Source: Schizochytrium sp. TIO01
Taxonomy: Eukaryota > Protista > Bigyra: Labyrinthulomycetes
Assembly (NCBI GenBank): GCA_004764695.1
Contig: SMSO01000037.1
Span: forward strand, 472,747-536,746
Length of the DNA stretch: 64,000 nucleotides
Direction: 5' to 3'
Shown here: in pieces, positions 43,771-57,499 of the stretch
How positions within the stretch are numbered: position 1 is the stretch's first letter
How the letters are laid out: the number at the start of each line of letters is the position of its first letter
Position numbers and translations under genes: made by a program
The notes under the pieces: model-generated
Seen by the model: the letters and a program-made list of their open reading frames with translations, nothing else
Told to the model about the DNA's origin: nothing
Databases searched by the model: none

Positions 43771-43804
43771 CATTGGCGGCGCACTAACATTGGCGGCGCA
43801 CTAA
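43771..43804. repeat. 17-bp tandem duplication CATTGGCGGCGCACTAA x2
   Basis: Two exact adjacent copies. Confidence 0.9.
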
Positions 43805-44119
43805 CAACTGGGTGATACTGGAGTCATGGAGTCAGGCAGCTCGGACTTCTTCTTTTCCGGCTTCTCGGGCAACTCTAAACAACAAAGGAAAGGAGGAGAG
43901 GGGCCCACAGGAGCGCTCCGATGGAGTCTTCATTTAAAAAGAAAGAAAGAAGGGAAGCAACAATAATTCAAAGATGCCTTAAAATTGAAGGACTAACTAG
44001 GCCCTACTTCTGGCGGAGGCCTGGATACAGCTGTTCGCCTGCTGTCGCAATGCGTTCGCTGATCGCCCTACGCCTCCTTAGGAGGGTCGTCGCCGCCTAA
44101 GAAGGGAATATCGAATGAG

Positions 44120-44196
<77 letters not shown>
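44120..44196. repeat. (ATCA)n microsatellite, about 19 units
   Basis: Perfect run. Confidence 0.95.
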
Positions 44197-44197
<1 letters not shown>

Positions 44198-47100
44198 TGG
44201 TTAGAATGAGTGAGGGAGCAAGAAAGAAAGAAGAAAAAAAAAGTAAAAGAGGAGAGAGTAGGTACGTAATGAACGGCAAAACCAACAAACAAAAGCTCCT
44301 CAGAACCTTTTAAAATTTCCCCTCTCCCTCTCCCTCTCCCTCATTCCCGCACCTCGCTCAGCCCTCTTTCCCGCACTCGCTCAAATCCCCTCTCTTTTCT
44401 TAATCTCCCTCTCAGCAGGCACTTTCATCTCACTCGGTCTATAGGGCACCTTTTCTTCTCACCTTCTTCTCTGTGAAGGAGATAATTGCTTTGCTTTGTG
44501 AGGGGGCTTGAAACTACGATTTCATCCCAACGTTCGACGATGCTAAGCTAGTTCCTTGTAACCTTGGAGAATCCTTCTGCATATCGCCACTGCCGGGATC
44601 GAGCGCCCACTCCTGCTCCTGCTCCTGCTCCTTCCTGCTTGCAGACGACAGGATAGATCTCGAGCTGTTGTTTGATTGCTGGAGCTGCTTTCTGTAATTA
44701 CAGTCGGCAGGGCTAACTAACAGTCCATGCCTTCTCGTCGAAATTGTTTGATCTTGAATGATCTAGCCATCGTACAGCCTCCTAAGCGCTCACTCTCTCG
44801 ATGTAGACAATCATAACATAGCCTACACATTACTTTCCGCGATAACAAGGGACGCTATACATCTTCACAATGCTAAGCTCAGACCAGATATGCAACGAAT
44901 CAAGTTTTGTCCTTCTTTATTCCGTGTTGCTCTACGAAAGAAACTCTACTCGAGCTTTCACTACTGCAAGCTACTTGCGAGAGTAAAAGACTTTACAGTT
45001 CTATGAGGTTTCCCCCTTGTTCGGCGCGTAGCACTAGCTGCCCATGTATCGTGATCGAGGGTGGAAGGCATGTCGGGCCTCGCGAACGCAGCTTCTCGCG
45101 AGCTCGCTTGCTTGCTTGCTTATTGATGCTCCTTCTTTTTTAGTACTTTTTTTAAAATTGAAAATACGTACGCACTTGATTGAAAAACATATAATATAAA
45201 AAATGAATGAATGAATGAATGAATGAATGAATGAGTTCTCTTCTTCTTTGGGGGGTAAGGACACCCTTGCGAGCATAGCCAAAGGCTGATCCTTGGAGAC
45301 AGCACTGCGCCTGGCCTACATGCTGAGAGCAGAGTTGAGCTGTATGATGATGCCTTCGAGCATAAACTAACCGCCGTCTCTCTGGCTCTCACAGCTACAT
45401 GGCTACGGGGTTGTAAGAGACAGATTTTGAACACTGCTACTAATATCTGCCTATCAGGTAGCAGGGACCTACTAGGCGCTACCTATACACTGCCTAGGAA
45501 AGGAAAGGATCTATGGCAGAGTCGAGTCAAGTCGAGTCAAGTCAAATGTATTAGGACTATCTAGCTTGTTAGGTAATACCGCCTACTGTTGCAGAATGTG
45601 GCCTCTTTCTTTCTATTATCCCGAAGATGTCATTAGGTACTACTAGAGCAAGGAGCTCTTTCTTCCGGGACAGACTCTGTGGCACCTCCTGTTTCTTTTC
45701 CTTCTCGTTATTCTCTTTTGTTGATTTGGGGGAATCGGCGCCTCCTGTTTTGACAATGCCAACCCCAGTTCAACCCCCGAGGCTGCCTCGCCGCTGCTTT
45801 TATCGATCGGGTAAACGAGCTATTTCTTTGGGCGGCTCCGAGATGTATCGTAGAGACGTGTCAAATCATTGTTGGAGATCGTGTACCACAAGGCTGTTCT
45901 ATGAGTAGTACAGATATGACAATACTATTGGTAGCAGTGGCTCCTCAACTAGGGTAGAACCCTATTGCTTAGCTTTAAGAGTATCCAAAGAGCACAATGC
46001 GTTCCTTCAGTTAAAAGCGAAACACACTTACTTATTTCCCCTCGTTCTTTCTCTGTATTTTTCACCGCCTTATACATCAGCTAACTCGACAGCTAGCTAG
46101 CTCTAGCTATCTCTGTGGCTAGGCATGGTAGCGAGTAACTCTGCATTGAGAAAACGAATTGAAACCTGAGCACTTTTCTCTTAGGAAGCAGCCATCTTCT
46201 GCAACATCTCTAATTTTTAATGAACAAGCTCAATCTCTAGACGCTCTCTCTCCCCTCTGCCGATCTTTGAACACCTATTGATTTTTCTTTTAGACTTCTG
46301 ATTTTTGTTTTGTTTTTCAAGTGCATTTTAAAACAATTTTTTTTTTAATTAAAAATATGTGGGTTCTTTGGCCTTCACAGCCTTGATCAGCCTTTAGACT
46401 TCAGAGACTTCACTAACATGTCAAAAAGAAGCTCTCGTCCCCATAACACTTACTACCTTCCATCATGATGGACTTTTTTCCCTTGGGTGCTCTGGTTTCC
46501 GCTGAGTTTTACCGCCATCCTGAAATGTAGGAAGGTAGGTACGTAGGTTGTTATAAGCACCAATAGGCAGTAGAAATCCTAGCCTCTTCGCTAGCTAGTA
46601 GTATTAGTAGCACTTGTATCGCGTGCCCTACCAACCAATTTAAAAGTACACCTATTATATTCGTAATTGTTTTTATTTTTAACTTTCAAAAATTAAACTT
46701 TAACTTAGAAAGTATATACACAATAACCTATTGGTTTAAAAACTCAAGCCAGAACAATTACTAGTACCCAGTACTACGTATCTACCTATTTTTAGAATCT
46801 CTTTCATACAGAGAATTTTGCTTACTCTGTACAGAAACTGGGATGCAAAGCCATTAAGCGGTGTCTCTTCAAGTGCTCTATAGATATCTCCATCATGAGT
46901 GACTGTTGTGAGCTTCTACGGAAATGAGAGGGTTGATATGAATTGCCTTATCGACTAATCTAAAAATCAGTCGATCTTTTTTCTTCTCTTTTTTGAAGTA
47001 ATAATAGGACCTAGGTACAGATAGCCCAGGGAACCTATCAGACTATTCTTCTAAAGATGCAAGATATCTCTCCAGTACGAGAGGCTACATCTAGATACCT

Positions 47101-48859
47101 AAATACTAATAGCTTGCTTAATCTCCGTTTTTGGAACTTTGTGTCCTATACAGTCTGAGAAATCAGACACATCATTCTCGTGGGTACGAAGTGGTCTTTC
47201 TCCAAAAGTTGAAAATCTAGCGAAGTATTTATTCACATTCTCTGTTCGTGTTTTTGAAATCAAGTTTTACAGTTTTGTCTATAATTTAAGAATAATAAGG
47301 TAGTGCAATTGCTTCATCAAATTTACTCTAAGAAGGAAAAATCTATAGCTGAGGCTCTGTAGTGTCTTCCCATGCAAGGGCGAAATTCAATCTCGCAACA
47401 AACAGTTCACCAACTTTATATTAAAAAATTAATAATAAAAAACGACCAAGCACTAAAAATAACTCGTTTTAATCCAAGAGTAAATGTAGGATCAAGAGTT
47501 TGGTGCTAGGCTTGTCTCTTCATGTTTTTATTCTATAAACTAAGGCTAGGTATTCTTGTAGATTAAAGCGTTTGTTAATTAAGGTGAGGCACTCTCGGTA
47601 GTCAGAGGCTATTCCTTGAGTTCTGTTTACTTTAGCTTAGGTAAATACTCGAGGAAAATCTTTCTTAGAACTATACTCAAGGCATTGTGAGGATTTTCCG
47701 AATCAAAAAAACCTTGCTTGAGTTAGCCATTCCACTTACTTAAGGAACATACTTTTTTTTAAGGTTGTGATAATATGTAATGAGACGTGGTTATGATTAC
47801 TTAGAGGTAATTTGGGGAAAAGTCTAAGATGATAGTAGTTAGTTTAGGGCTGTCTTGTTGAATGTGCTTGATAGATTCAAGTGCTTTTGGTCGCTTTGGT
47901 ATTTCGGGTCTGAATACAGGCAGAGATGAATGTATCATGTCAATCCGATACACAGAATGTGTCGTACAGGAGAGCTTGGTTAGGTTAGGTTAGGTGGTGT
48001 CAAATAGGTACCCCTTTAAACCTTGCAAAGTCATGTCGTAAAGATCTATCTGTATCCCTTCTCAGTAATACTCATGTTACGGGTATGACTTGATTTAATC
48101 AGTGACCCGTCTGTCGAGAGAAAATATAAGCAACTTGCACCAATATGCCTGATGGTAAACAGATTTAGGAGCGACGAAATCCTGTTCCGAGACAAAAATA
48201 TGGTATTCCGAGTTTACTGTTTCTGTGAAACTCTCTATCGAAAGAGAATACATCAGAGTCTATTTAACTTGTTTGAGCTTCCATTTGTATTCCTTTATGA
48301 AATCAAATATCTAGGAAAGATGAATAAACAAATTCACATCACAAATTAAATCTGACCTTAAGTCCACAATTTATTCACATGACAACTATATAAACATTAG
48401 GATGAGTAGTACGTTGAATTTATATTTTATTGGCATGTTCTTCCCAGCACTCTCGTGTTCTATGTTTCGCTGAAACCTGCAGAAAGTTGCATGAAATAAG
48501 CAAACTTGGTATGCGACCTCACGCCATCGACATGATACTTTTAATTATTGAACCCCTTTTTCATTGTGCGAACTCGGCCACTGTTGTTAATCTCTCAAAT
48601 GAAAGATGAAATTGTCTTGTCCACTGCGAGATACGTCCGAAAAGCTAGGGATTGGCTGACTTAATGAAGGTAAGATGCGCATGAGGGCTTGAGGAATGTT
48701 TTCGAAGACTTTGTAGATTTGTGGTGGACTTTAGAGCTAGCAATCTGCCAAACATAAGGAATCGATTACAATGCAGAGGGAGTACAACTCAAACTACAAG
48801 TGGAAGACTTCTAAGCATACTCACTCTATAATACACGTAAACGAAGAAAAGGTGAACTC

Positions 48860-49890
48860 TTTTGAAACTTAGAATGAGGGAACTTGTGAACAAGACATTG
48901 CTAGAGATATTTGTGCGCCATAGTATCTGCCTTTAAAAATTTTGGATTTAGATAGGATCAAAACTAAACAAGCAGATAGAGGTAGTTGTGAAGCCAAGTA
49001 ATTTAAGAATTGAGGGTGTACTTTCATACCAAGAGAATATGCATGGATAGAATTCGAACGAATGAGCAAGGAGACGACTGTGTTGAGGGGTGAGTCTAGT
49101 ACAGACCAAGTCTACCTAGTCTTCTGATTGTAACATGAGTCAGTATGTCCTGGAATTTACTTACAAGGACAGTGCTAACCCTTAAATACATAGTTTATCA
49201 AGCCATCCTTTTCATCTTTAACATCTAGCTGACCAGACTCGTCTTTCAGCAAACTCATTGCCGCACTCATTAATTCAGATTCTATCCATGCATATTCTCA
49301 TAATATGAGTGTATGCTCCCAATTCTTAAAATTAGTTTGCTGTACAACCATGTATCTAGGCTTTTTAGGCTTCATCCTGAGTAAATCTTTATTCATTAGG
49401 ATTTTGCAATCGCAAGCCAAGGACCATAGCAACATCTTGTTCACTTGTATCTTCGATGAGAGATCCCAACGTTGTTCACACGGGAAAATTAAGAAATGCG
49501 GTTTTGACAGATAGATGAAGGTGCTGAGATCTCCAATTAAAGGAACTAGTGGACAAGACATTGCTAGAGTTCTTGGTGCCCCTTTGTAAAACCCCATTAG
49601 ACATAAGGTTTACAACAGAGCCAAGAACTAGAAGTGTGAATACACATAACCTACATCCAAGCATGGTGTAACTTGAATCGATGGTTGGAGAAGATGGATT
49701 AACCTAACCCCATCGATTATCTCTAACCACTTTCAAGAATGCCTTAATCTCCCTAATTTCTACATGAATCCATCTGTCCTGGAATTCATTCTCCAGGACA
49801 GCAGTTCGCTAACTTGTAAATCAACCTTCTTAAAGCCTTCATCAAGCCTCTTGCCTTCATCTTCACAGTCAACCTCCAGCTAATAAGAAT
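48860..49890. repeat. Old diverged direct duplication, period about 630-660 bp
   Basis: CAAGACATTGCTAGAG at 48891 and 49554; TGTCCTGGAATT at 49146 and 49775; flanks are similar but diverged. Confidence 0.6.
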
Positions 49891-52769
49891 CGCCTTTCAG
49901 TAGAAGGGTGGTTGAAGGCAAGCAAAACACTTCTAGATTCATCAACAGACAACTATGGTATTGGATGTGGTATTTGTCTCGTCTAGAGCTGCAACGCGAA
50001 TCACAATGGCAAAATAAAATGCACCATGCAGGCCTATCGAAAGCGGAAATGTCAATTTTGCTTAATTGAAATACCTCCTTCAACTTTACACTTGCAATAA
50101 GAATAAAAAAGCTTCGTATAGAAGTCCCTACTGGTTAGGTTCTGATATCATTCCATGGTTACTGTTCGTGATACTGCACCTCTCATTTTGCCTGCCTTCA
50201 GCTGGAAACTCACTAACACTATCTTCTTTTCCGTCTGGTAGGCTCCTAATGCTATTATTCTGAATTTTAATATGCGTTCTGTATTGAATTGTTGAAAGAA
50301 CCACGATCGCCATCGAAATGTATCTATATCAAATTCCAGAAAGAGTTCTCATATTCCTTGAATTTTTGAAAGTAGGTAGAGCCATCGTTGTAGGAACTTG
50401 TTCGGATTCAAACTCCCCTTTCCAGCTGTTGTTTTAGAAAAATCCTTTATCTACTCCCAAAATAGTGCGTGAGATGCTGACCCGATTCGAATTCTTTTCT
50501 TGCAAATAGGTCATTTTATTTCGCTTTTATAAGTTTCGCAACATAATCGATCTCTAGAGTTTGAGATTTCTTACTTCCATTATAGAGTCTTGAAAAGATA
50601 TCATCCAACCACAACGTAATCTCCTCTATCCTAGGGCCACACGTTCATCCAGAATGTAGGATAGACCTAGAGGTAATAATTTATTGTATGTTTGTTTTGT
50701 AAAACGATTCAAAATAATAGCCTTAATAATTGAATCCCGCTGATTAGCTGCTTGAGAGCAACGACTTGAGCTCAGCGACATTATGTTGCATATGCGTCAC
50801 TGAAAGTTGACTCTTGTCAAGTGAGAGGTTGACCAACGAAGATAATTGTAAAATCTTTGACTGCACGTGATAAGTCTTGAGGAAGGGAAGGGCTTATGAG
50901 TTTACTAGCTGTTGACCTTGAAAGTGATTTCCGGAGGCTCTTGTGATCCTTCAATAATACAGATGAAGCCTCCCAAGCTAAGCCATGGCTCAATATATCA
51001 TCTAAAGTTAGCCTTTCACTCTGATCCAATCGTTAACCATCAATTCTAGTTTCATCTAGCTGAGTGCTTGAGCAAGTGAATTAGTCACTCAGTTAGGATG
51101 TACTGCAAATTTCTCTTTGATTCACAAGAGGTTGACTGGAGGAACATGGCAAGACGCTAGGAAAGGTGAAAACATAGGCTGTCATGATATAAGCATTGAG
51201 GTATGCTCGTCAAGTATTGTGAGAAACTCTTTATTTAAATAGCTGTTCCAGTAGTTTGGATATAAAGATTTGAAATTCGCTTTCCTACTGATTTATACAG
51301 AGGTCCACTCCGTTGTTGCTGGGTTAGTGTACATACCATAAAGGAATTTGCGTATATGTACCTGTGAGATCAAAGTGTCTGAAGAAGATGGTAAACTTCT
51401 GACTGCGAATTGATTTAAATGTTCATTAAGATTTGGCTCCCTGACATTTCGATAATCAGGGAAAAGTCTCCTACCTCATATAGGCTTGTACTTCTTCGTT
51501 CGTTGCATCGTCAAAAGAAGCTGAATAGTACTGGGAAAGCAAAGATATGTTTGCAAATCTTTGATATGGGGCAAGCACTAGTTTTAGTATCATTGCAAAG
51601 ACAAATACGAATCCGCAGAAAAGTTTCTTCAAGGAATCATCCTGATGTATCGTTTTCCTCTGAAGAGGAGTTTAATACCGAATCTGCACGACTCCTACAG
51701 ATGCTGCTGAACTCTAAAAACATGAGACGAGGATACAATCAATGTCTACTGTCAAAACTTGCTACTGAGGAACTACTATAAAGATGAAGAGGCATATAGA
51801 GGGGAGAAGAACAGATGGTAGAAATTTGTACTACCCTAGTTCGTCAAAGCAACTACAAGTTACGAAAAAGGCATGGAATCAGCGTTATGTTCTGATTTTA
51901 CACCATGAATGTTTCTATCTTACAGATCCTAGAAAGACAAGATTTGAGCTAGATACACAGAAAACGTAGGTTTCATAAGAATCCGTGTACGTGAAGAAAT
52001 TTAAAATAACAACAAGAAATAGGTAAGACTTTTGTGTTCTTCTATCATGGATCAATCGTGGTCATCGTGAACCTTGAGGGCACGAAAAGGAGGGGAAAGA
52101 AATGCAAAATAAAAAGACTGGTGGTTTGGACGAGCGGAGCAAAACTGAAACGGAGATTTACTGGAAGCATCGCAAATCGATCTCTACACCAACTTTTCAG
52201 AAGAAAAAAAATATAGTTGGGACCCTACAACAAACTTGAAGAAAAGGGCACATAGGCTGCCATAATGAAAGAAAGAATGAGCGTTCCGTTGCAGATAGAC
52301 GAATAGGAGAAACAACGGTATGGCTTCGTGCGTAAATAACGACACATGCGTATCTATGTTTAAATGTATGTGTGTAGGGATTATAGGCATATTCACTCCA
52401 GAAAGGAGAAGAGTAAGAAAAAAAGGGGACTGCAAGAAGGAAAGAAAATGAACAGAGGCACGATAGGCGAGAAACACAATCATAATTGTTGCCAACATCA
52501 AACAACAATAATCACAAAAACAACATCGGCATGAAAATCCCACTAAACAGCGGTCTTTGCTCATCCTCCATCTTCTTCGATCTTCCAACTCTTTCTCCTG
52601 AAATGTAAAGATAAGGATAAAGAGTAAGAGGGATTAAAAGGCGTAAACATTGACTGCATTTTCCGCTTCTGAATGGTGAGTGATCCAACGGCACGCTAGC
52701 CTCGAGAGGGAGCGACAGAAAATTAAAGGTGAAATGGATACGGAAATCAATGCACAAGCTCCAACACAT

Positions 52770-55700
52770 TTACTCAACCAGCAAGGTAATCTTTACTTGG
52801 TCATGGATACCTTGGAAGAGCATGTCTCCTTCGTATTTGATGCGCTTGTACTTCTTTGCACGCATGAGGAGGCCAACTAACATATCGGATAGTTGGTACT
52901 TTTCAAAGAGATCCCCAAATGTAATTGTGGCCAAACCGCCTTCAGCAGGGTCATACTGACCTTCCTCCTTGATGAACTGACAGAGCTTGTCCATACCGCG
53001 TTCAACGCCCCTTGAAAATTCACCAGCACGCTGCTTTGATAAGTTACGACGGTTTTCGTTTCCGTAGTTGACGCCAAAGTCAAACGCAGGAGCCGAACTT
53101 TCATCAAAATCATCAGGTTCATACCCTTTATTAGCATGCGCCTTGTGTTCATCCATCATACCGCGGACACTTGCGGCAAGCAAACGTTGCTCCTCTGTCA
53201 TAGAGGGTTTGCGTGACTTTTTCAATGAGGTTGACCGCTGAGAAAGCTCCTCGGGCACTACTATAGGCCCAGACGGTGGGCGCGTAAAAGGTGGCTGAGA
53301 TGCGTCCTCTCCATCCTCTCCATTCTCAGCTGCATCACTCGATCGAAACATATTGCGTACACTACGAAACATGCTTGGATTCGACCCGCGAGGGTTCGAG
53401 GTCTTGCGACGACTATTCTTGCGTGGGGCAGGAGGAGGAGCATCATCATCATCTCCGGCATCATCCGTAGCCTCCGCGGTATCAGCTGCTGCGCTAGCAC
53501 CGGCACCTTCTTCCTCCTGTTGAGCCTGACCACGTCTCATCATCTCAAGAACACGCGGAGAAGGCCCACCTCCAAAGGGTCCGCCCATGGGGCGCGGTGA
53601 CGCATCATCATCATCATCATCACCACCGCCTGCACCAGGAGGAGGGCGAGGAGGACCACCGCCTGCGAAGAGCATTTCGAGAGCCTTGGTGTTAACCTTT
53701 TTAGCAACCTTGAGCTTTGGGGCCGACCTTCTTCTTCTTCTTTTTCTTCATCTTAGGGCCCACAGCGCCTGGTCCACTAGCCGCAGATGAAGTGGTGGTA
53801 CGGTATGCAGGATGGCGCTTCTCAGTCGGGGTCAACTGGCCAACTTTCTCTTTCTCCGTCAAGGCAAAGAGCTTGCTACGGTACTGCTCAAGCCAAAGCT
53901 TCTTACGGCCATCACGATCATTGTGAAATTCGTCAGGAAGACGAGTGTAAATGGCACGGAGTTCTACAATGTCAAGACCTTGAGGAATATAGCGTGATGA
54001 TAAATCAGCAATGTGAAGTTTGGCAATTGAATCCTTGTCCATGTATAAGAACTGGAAGATCTTGGTTTGCATGACGCGCTTTGCAAGCATCGGTTTGAGA
54101 CCACGAGACTCAAGATATGCCTCGGAGCATCCTGTGATAACCTGTGGGGGAACAATCTGTGTCATAGTTTCGAAGCACTCTTCGTTGGTCTGAGCCTCGG
54201 CAGCTTCCCAGTCAATCCACTTTTGAGCTTCACGCTTCTTGTAATCGGCGTGGTTTCGGATAATTTTGTCCCATTGGTCAAATTCGTTAGCGGCTTCAGA
54301 GGCTTCGTGTGGGTCGTCGCTCATCATATGAGGAACGCACTCTTTGAGTTTCTCCTCAGCCATTTCAAGCGTACCATCCCAGTCTAAGTTGTCAAGATCC
54401 ACGTTCAGAGCACTTTGCAAAGCTGCCAGCTTTGCCTCAAGTGCCTTGATCTGGTTCTCGTACTCCTCCATCGCAGCAGGGTGTTGGCTCTGACGGCGAC
54501 GGTTTTCCACCGCATCCAGCTGGTTTTGTGTAATTTCTTGCTGAGCACGAATGGCGTCTTCACGCTCAATGTTCTTCTCACGCATGGAATGCATAAGCTG
54601 AAGTTCCTCATTGAGACGCTTCTCCTCGGATTCTGCTTTTTGAGCACGGGTTTCAGCTTCTTCGATTTTGGCCTGATTAGTCTCAGCCCTGGCCTTCCAC
54701 TCCTCTGCAAATTGGCGTACTTTGTCAAGCTCTTCTTGGCGCTTCGTTTGCTCGTCCTCGAGCGCCTTCACGCGAGCGCGTTCTTCAGCTAAAAGGCGAG
54801 CAGTAACTTCTTCACGAGCCAAGGTCGTGCCTTCTTCTTCCCAACGCTGTTCTTCGGCTTGCCACTCCTCAGGAGACATGGCTTGACCTTGTCGCCTGCG
54901 AAACCAGGACCGCCGCTGCGTCTTGGCAATAGTTGCCTTCCGCTGAGACTTTTGATATGCCTCCTTGCGCTTCTCAAAGTCCCGGGCAATTTGCTGTGGG
55001 TCGCGCATGGGTGCGTTCATAAGTTTAGGTGTGTCAAAGTATTCATCCTCCTCCATAATCTTGCGCAAGACGCTAGTCATGATGTGGATCCAGTACTTGA
55101 GGTCATCAGAGTCTTCGGCAGCGAAGAAATATTTCATGGTCAGGTCGGAGAGAATGAAGGTAAAGGGGGGATCGCTGTTTGGCTTACCAAGGGGTCTCCG
55201 CGAGGCGCCTTGGGATGATGCAGCGTCTCCCTCAATGATACTCCCCTCATCATCAAACTCTTCTCCGGTGCGGAGTTCATCTTCTTCACCTTCATCGCCT
55301 CCAGAATGGGACTGTGACACAAAGAACTCTGGCGTGAGGATAATGCTTGTAAGAGGCTTGGTGTCACCCTTGTGCTTGTAAATTACGAGGGCGCGCTCGT
55401 ACAAAACACAATAGCGGCGTTTCCACTGCTTCCTGCGCAAACCACCGGACTTGGAGGTTCTTTTCATGAGGTAATCCTCAACGATAGGCTTGGAGTTGGC
55501 CGTCATTGTCATGATCTCGGGGGATACATCGTCCTCGTCCCGTTCGGCCCTGAGACCGCTCAGGAGTCCATCAAACATGCCTCGCTCACGCTTTGAGTTC
55601 TTACCTTGGCTCTGCTTCGCCTCAATGCTTCGCTTCACATTCTCCACCAGAGCTTCGTAAACCTCGCGCTTGAGTTTGCCCTCCTCTACAAGAAGGGCTG

Positions 55701-55803
55701 CTTCGTCCAGCTGCTGCAATTTCTGATATAGCTCATGGTATCCTGTGTGCTGCAGCAAATCAGCCTGCGGGTTCAAGGTGTGGAACCTCTTTGAGCGCAT
55801 CAT
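52770..55803 (-). CDS. PH domain - coiled coil - unknown domain - Pro/acidic linker - Costars domain protein (about 1010 aa), split by a one-base frameshift near 53718
   Basis: ORF 53701..55803 has a PH domain (EDYLMKR..KQWKRRYCVL..LVIYK..YFFAAEDSDDLKYWI) and a long coiled coil. ORF 52770..53675 ends in a Costars domain (ITFGDLFEKY..SDMLVGLLMRAKKYKRIKYEGDMLFQGIHDQVKITLL). Removing one base from GGCCCCAAAG joins them as ...VGPKLKVAKKVNTKALEMLFAG. Confidence 0.85.
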
Positions 55804-57499
55804 CGTGGCTGCCAGACCTTTAATGGTAGCGACTCCCCTTCAGATTTCACTTGCAAGATATTATATTCAATTGGTACCAATCAGTCTCCTGACTGCTTCT
55901 TCTACGAAATCGACGCTCTTTGCACGTGCTGAGCTCCTGTCTATCGGTACTGTCCCAGAACTCAGGACTTCCTTTCCTCTTTATTTCTTTTCGCACACTT
56001 GCACGAAAAGTGAGGGGGTGTAAGTAATGGAGTGAACGTGCCGTATCCACAGGGAGCCCTACCGCTGGTGCTTCGAACGCGACGCTCGCACAGCAGTTAG
56101 AGCTTTAGAGCTCTTCCTGAGTCGCAGCCACGGACGTCTCAAGCCTCCCGTTTCTTTCCGTACTGGTTGCCGCTAATCGCTTTGAAGTCTCAAACGCGCG
56201 ATTTTTAAAGCGCTCGCTCGCTCGCTCGCTCGCTCGCTTGTTGGACCCAATCGAATCCGATGCAAAGCCTCCCAGAGCCAGTACCGCGGCAAAAGGTTGC
56301 CACTGTTGAGTCTGACTCTACAGCCCTGCTGATGTGGACGCCGCTACCTTCAAGCGACCCAGCCACCGCGCGAGCCTGAGCGCTGCGAGGCTCGGCCTGC
56401 GCGCAGGAAAAGAGTTTACTATGGACTCTTTTCTCTTCTGTTTCTTTGAATGAATGAATGAATGATTGATTGATTGATTTAAAAAGAAAGAATAGAAATT
56501 GATTTTCATTTATTTTTCTAAAAGAATAATCTCAAAAAAAATACACGTAGGTACTACAATTTTTATGGTAGGGAAGCAAGAAATCTGCATTCAAGGGAGG
56601 ACACGTTTTACTTTCTCATGAGTTAGGAGTTCCTGGCGAGTATTCAGTCTCCTCTGCAAGGCTCCTCTGATAGCAAAAATAAGCCACTTTTGCTCTACAT
56701 AGTATCTAAAGTACTTTATGGATGAAAAACATTGGCTAACTAAAATACACGATAAAGGCCATAACAATTGCCACCTCTGCTCGCTCTTTCTGGCAGAGAA
56801 AAAATAGTTTCAAAGGAAAATAAAGAATAAAACTTATAAAAAGAGGGCACTCGTTTAGTTCCTTTCAAGACGAACTAATACCGTGGCATCAAATCAGAAC
56901 GATGCCAAGAGGGATGGGCTTTTACTATCAGCTCCTCCTTGCCTTGAGCGGAGCATAAGAGTGGGCATTCACGCTGATCGAGGTATTTAGTTAACCAGAG
57001 TGGAGCACACATACAAGTGAGTGTGCACTGGGTACTCCTCTCCAATTATAAAATAAAAACTTTATATAGCACTCTTACAAAAGCTATTTCCTTTTAAAGC
57101 TCCTCCACTTCTTCTTTCACTCGCTCACGCTCCACTCCTCTGTACCCGACTGGGGCGCTTAGGAGGCAGTGTCCCTTTTGCCCCTCGTCTTAAAAAAGCA
57201 AGCCACTCTGCTATCTATTCTCCTCCTTTCTTCATCGTGCACTCATTGGTTTCCCTCTGAGCTCCACTGATGAATTCTTTTTCATATGTGATGCTGAGGG
57301 GACGGCACGTTTCTTTTTCTCGCCTTTTTTCTGCCAGTTCTTTGTTTTCATTTCTTTCGTTGTGCATGCAAAAATTCTCGTTATTTGGAGGGGTTTGCTT
57401 GCAGGCAGGCAGGTCGTAGTAGCGTGCAACTTTAGACCTGTTCTCTCTCTGCCACCTTCTGATCGACCTGCATTTCATGCTAGAGTCGGGTATCTTCTG

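Noticed and set aside
53717-55596. Plus-strand ORFs antisense to the PH gene (likewise those inside HSF, SOD, MIF and the membrane protein)
   Set aside because: Shadow frames of real coding sequence with no independent motifs.
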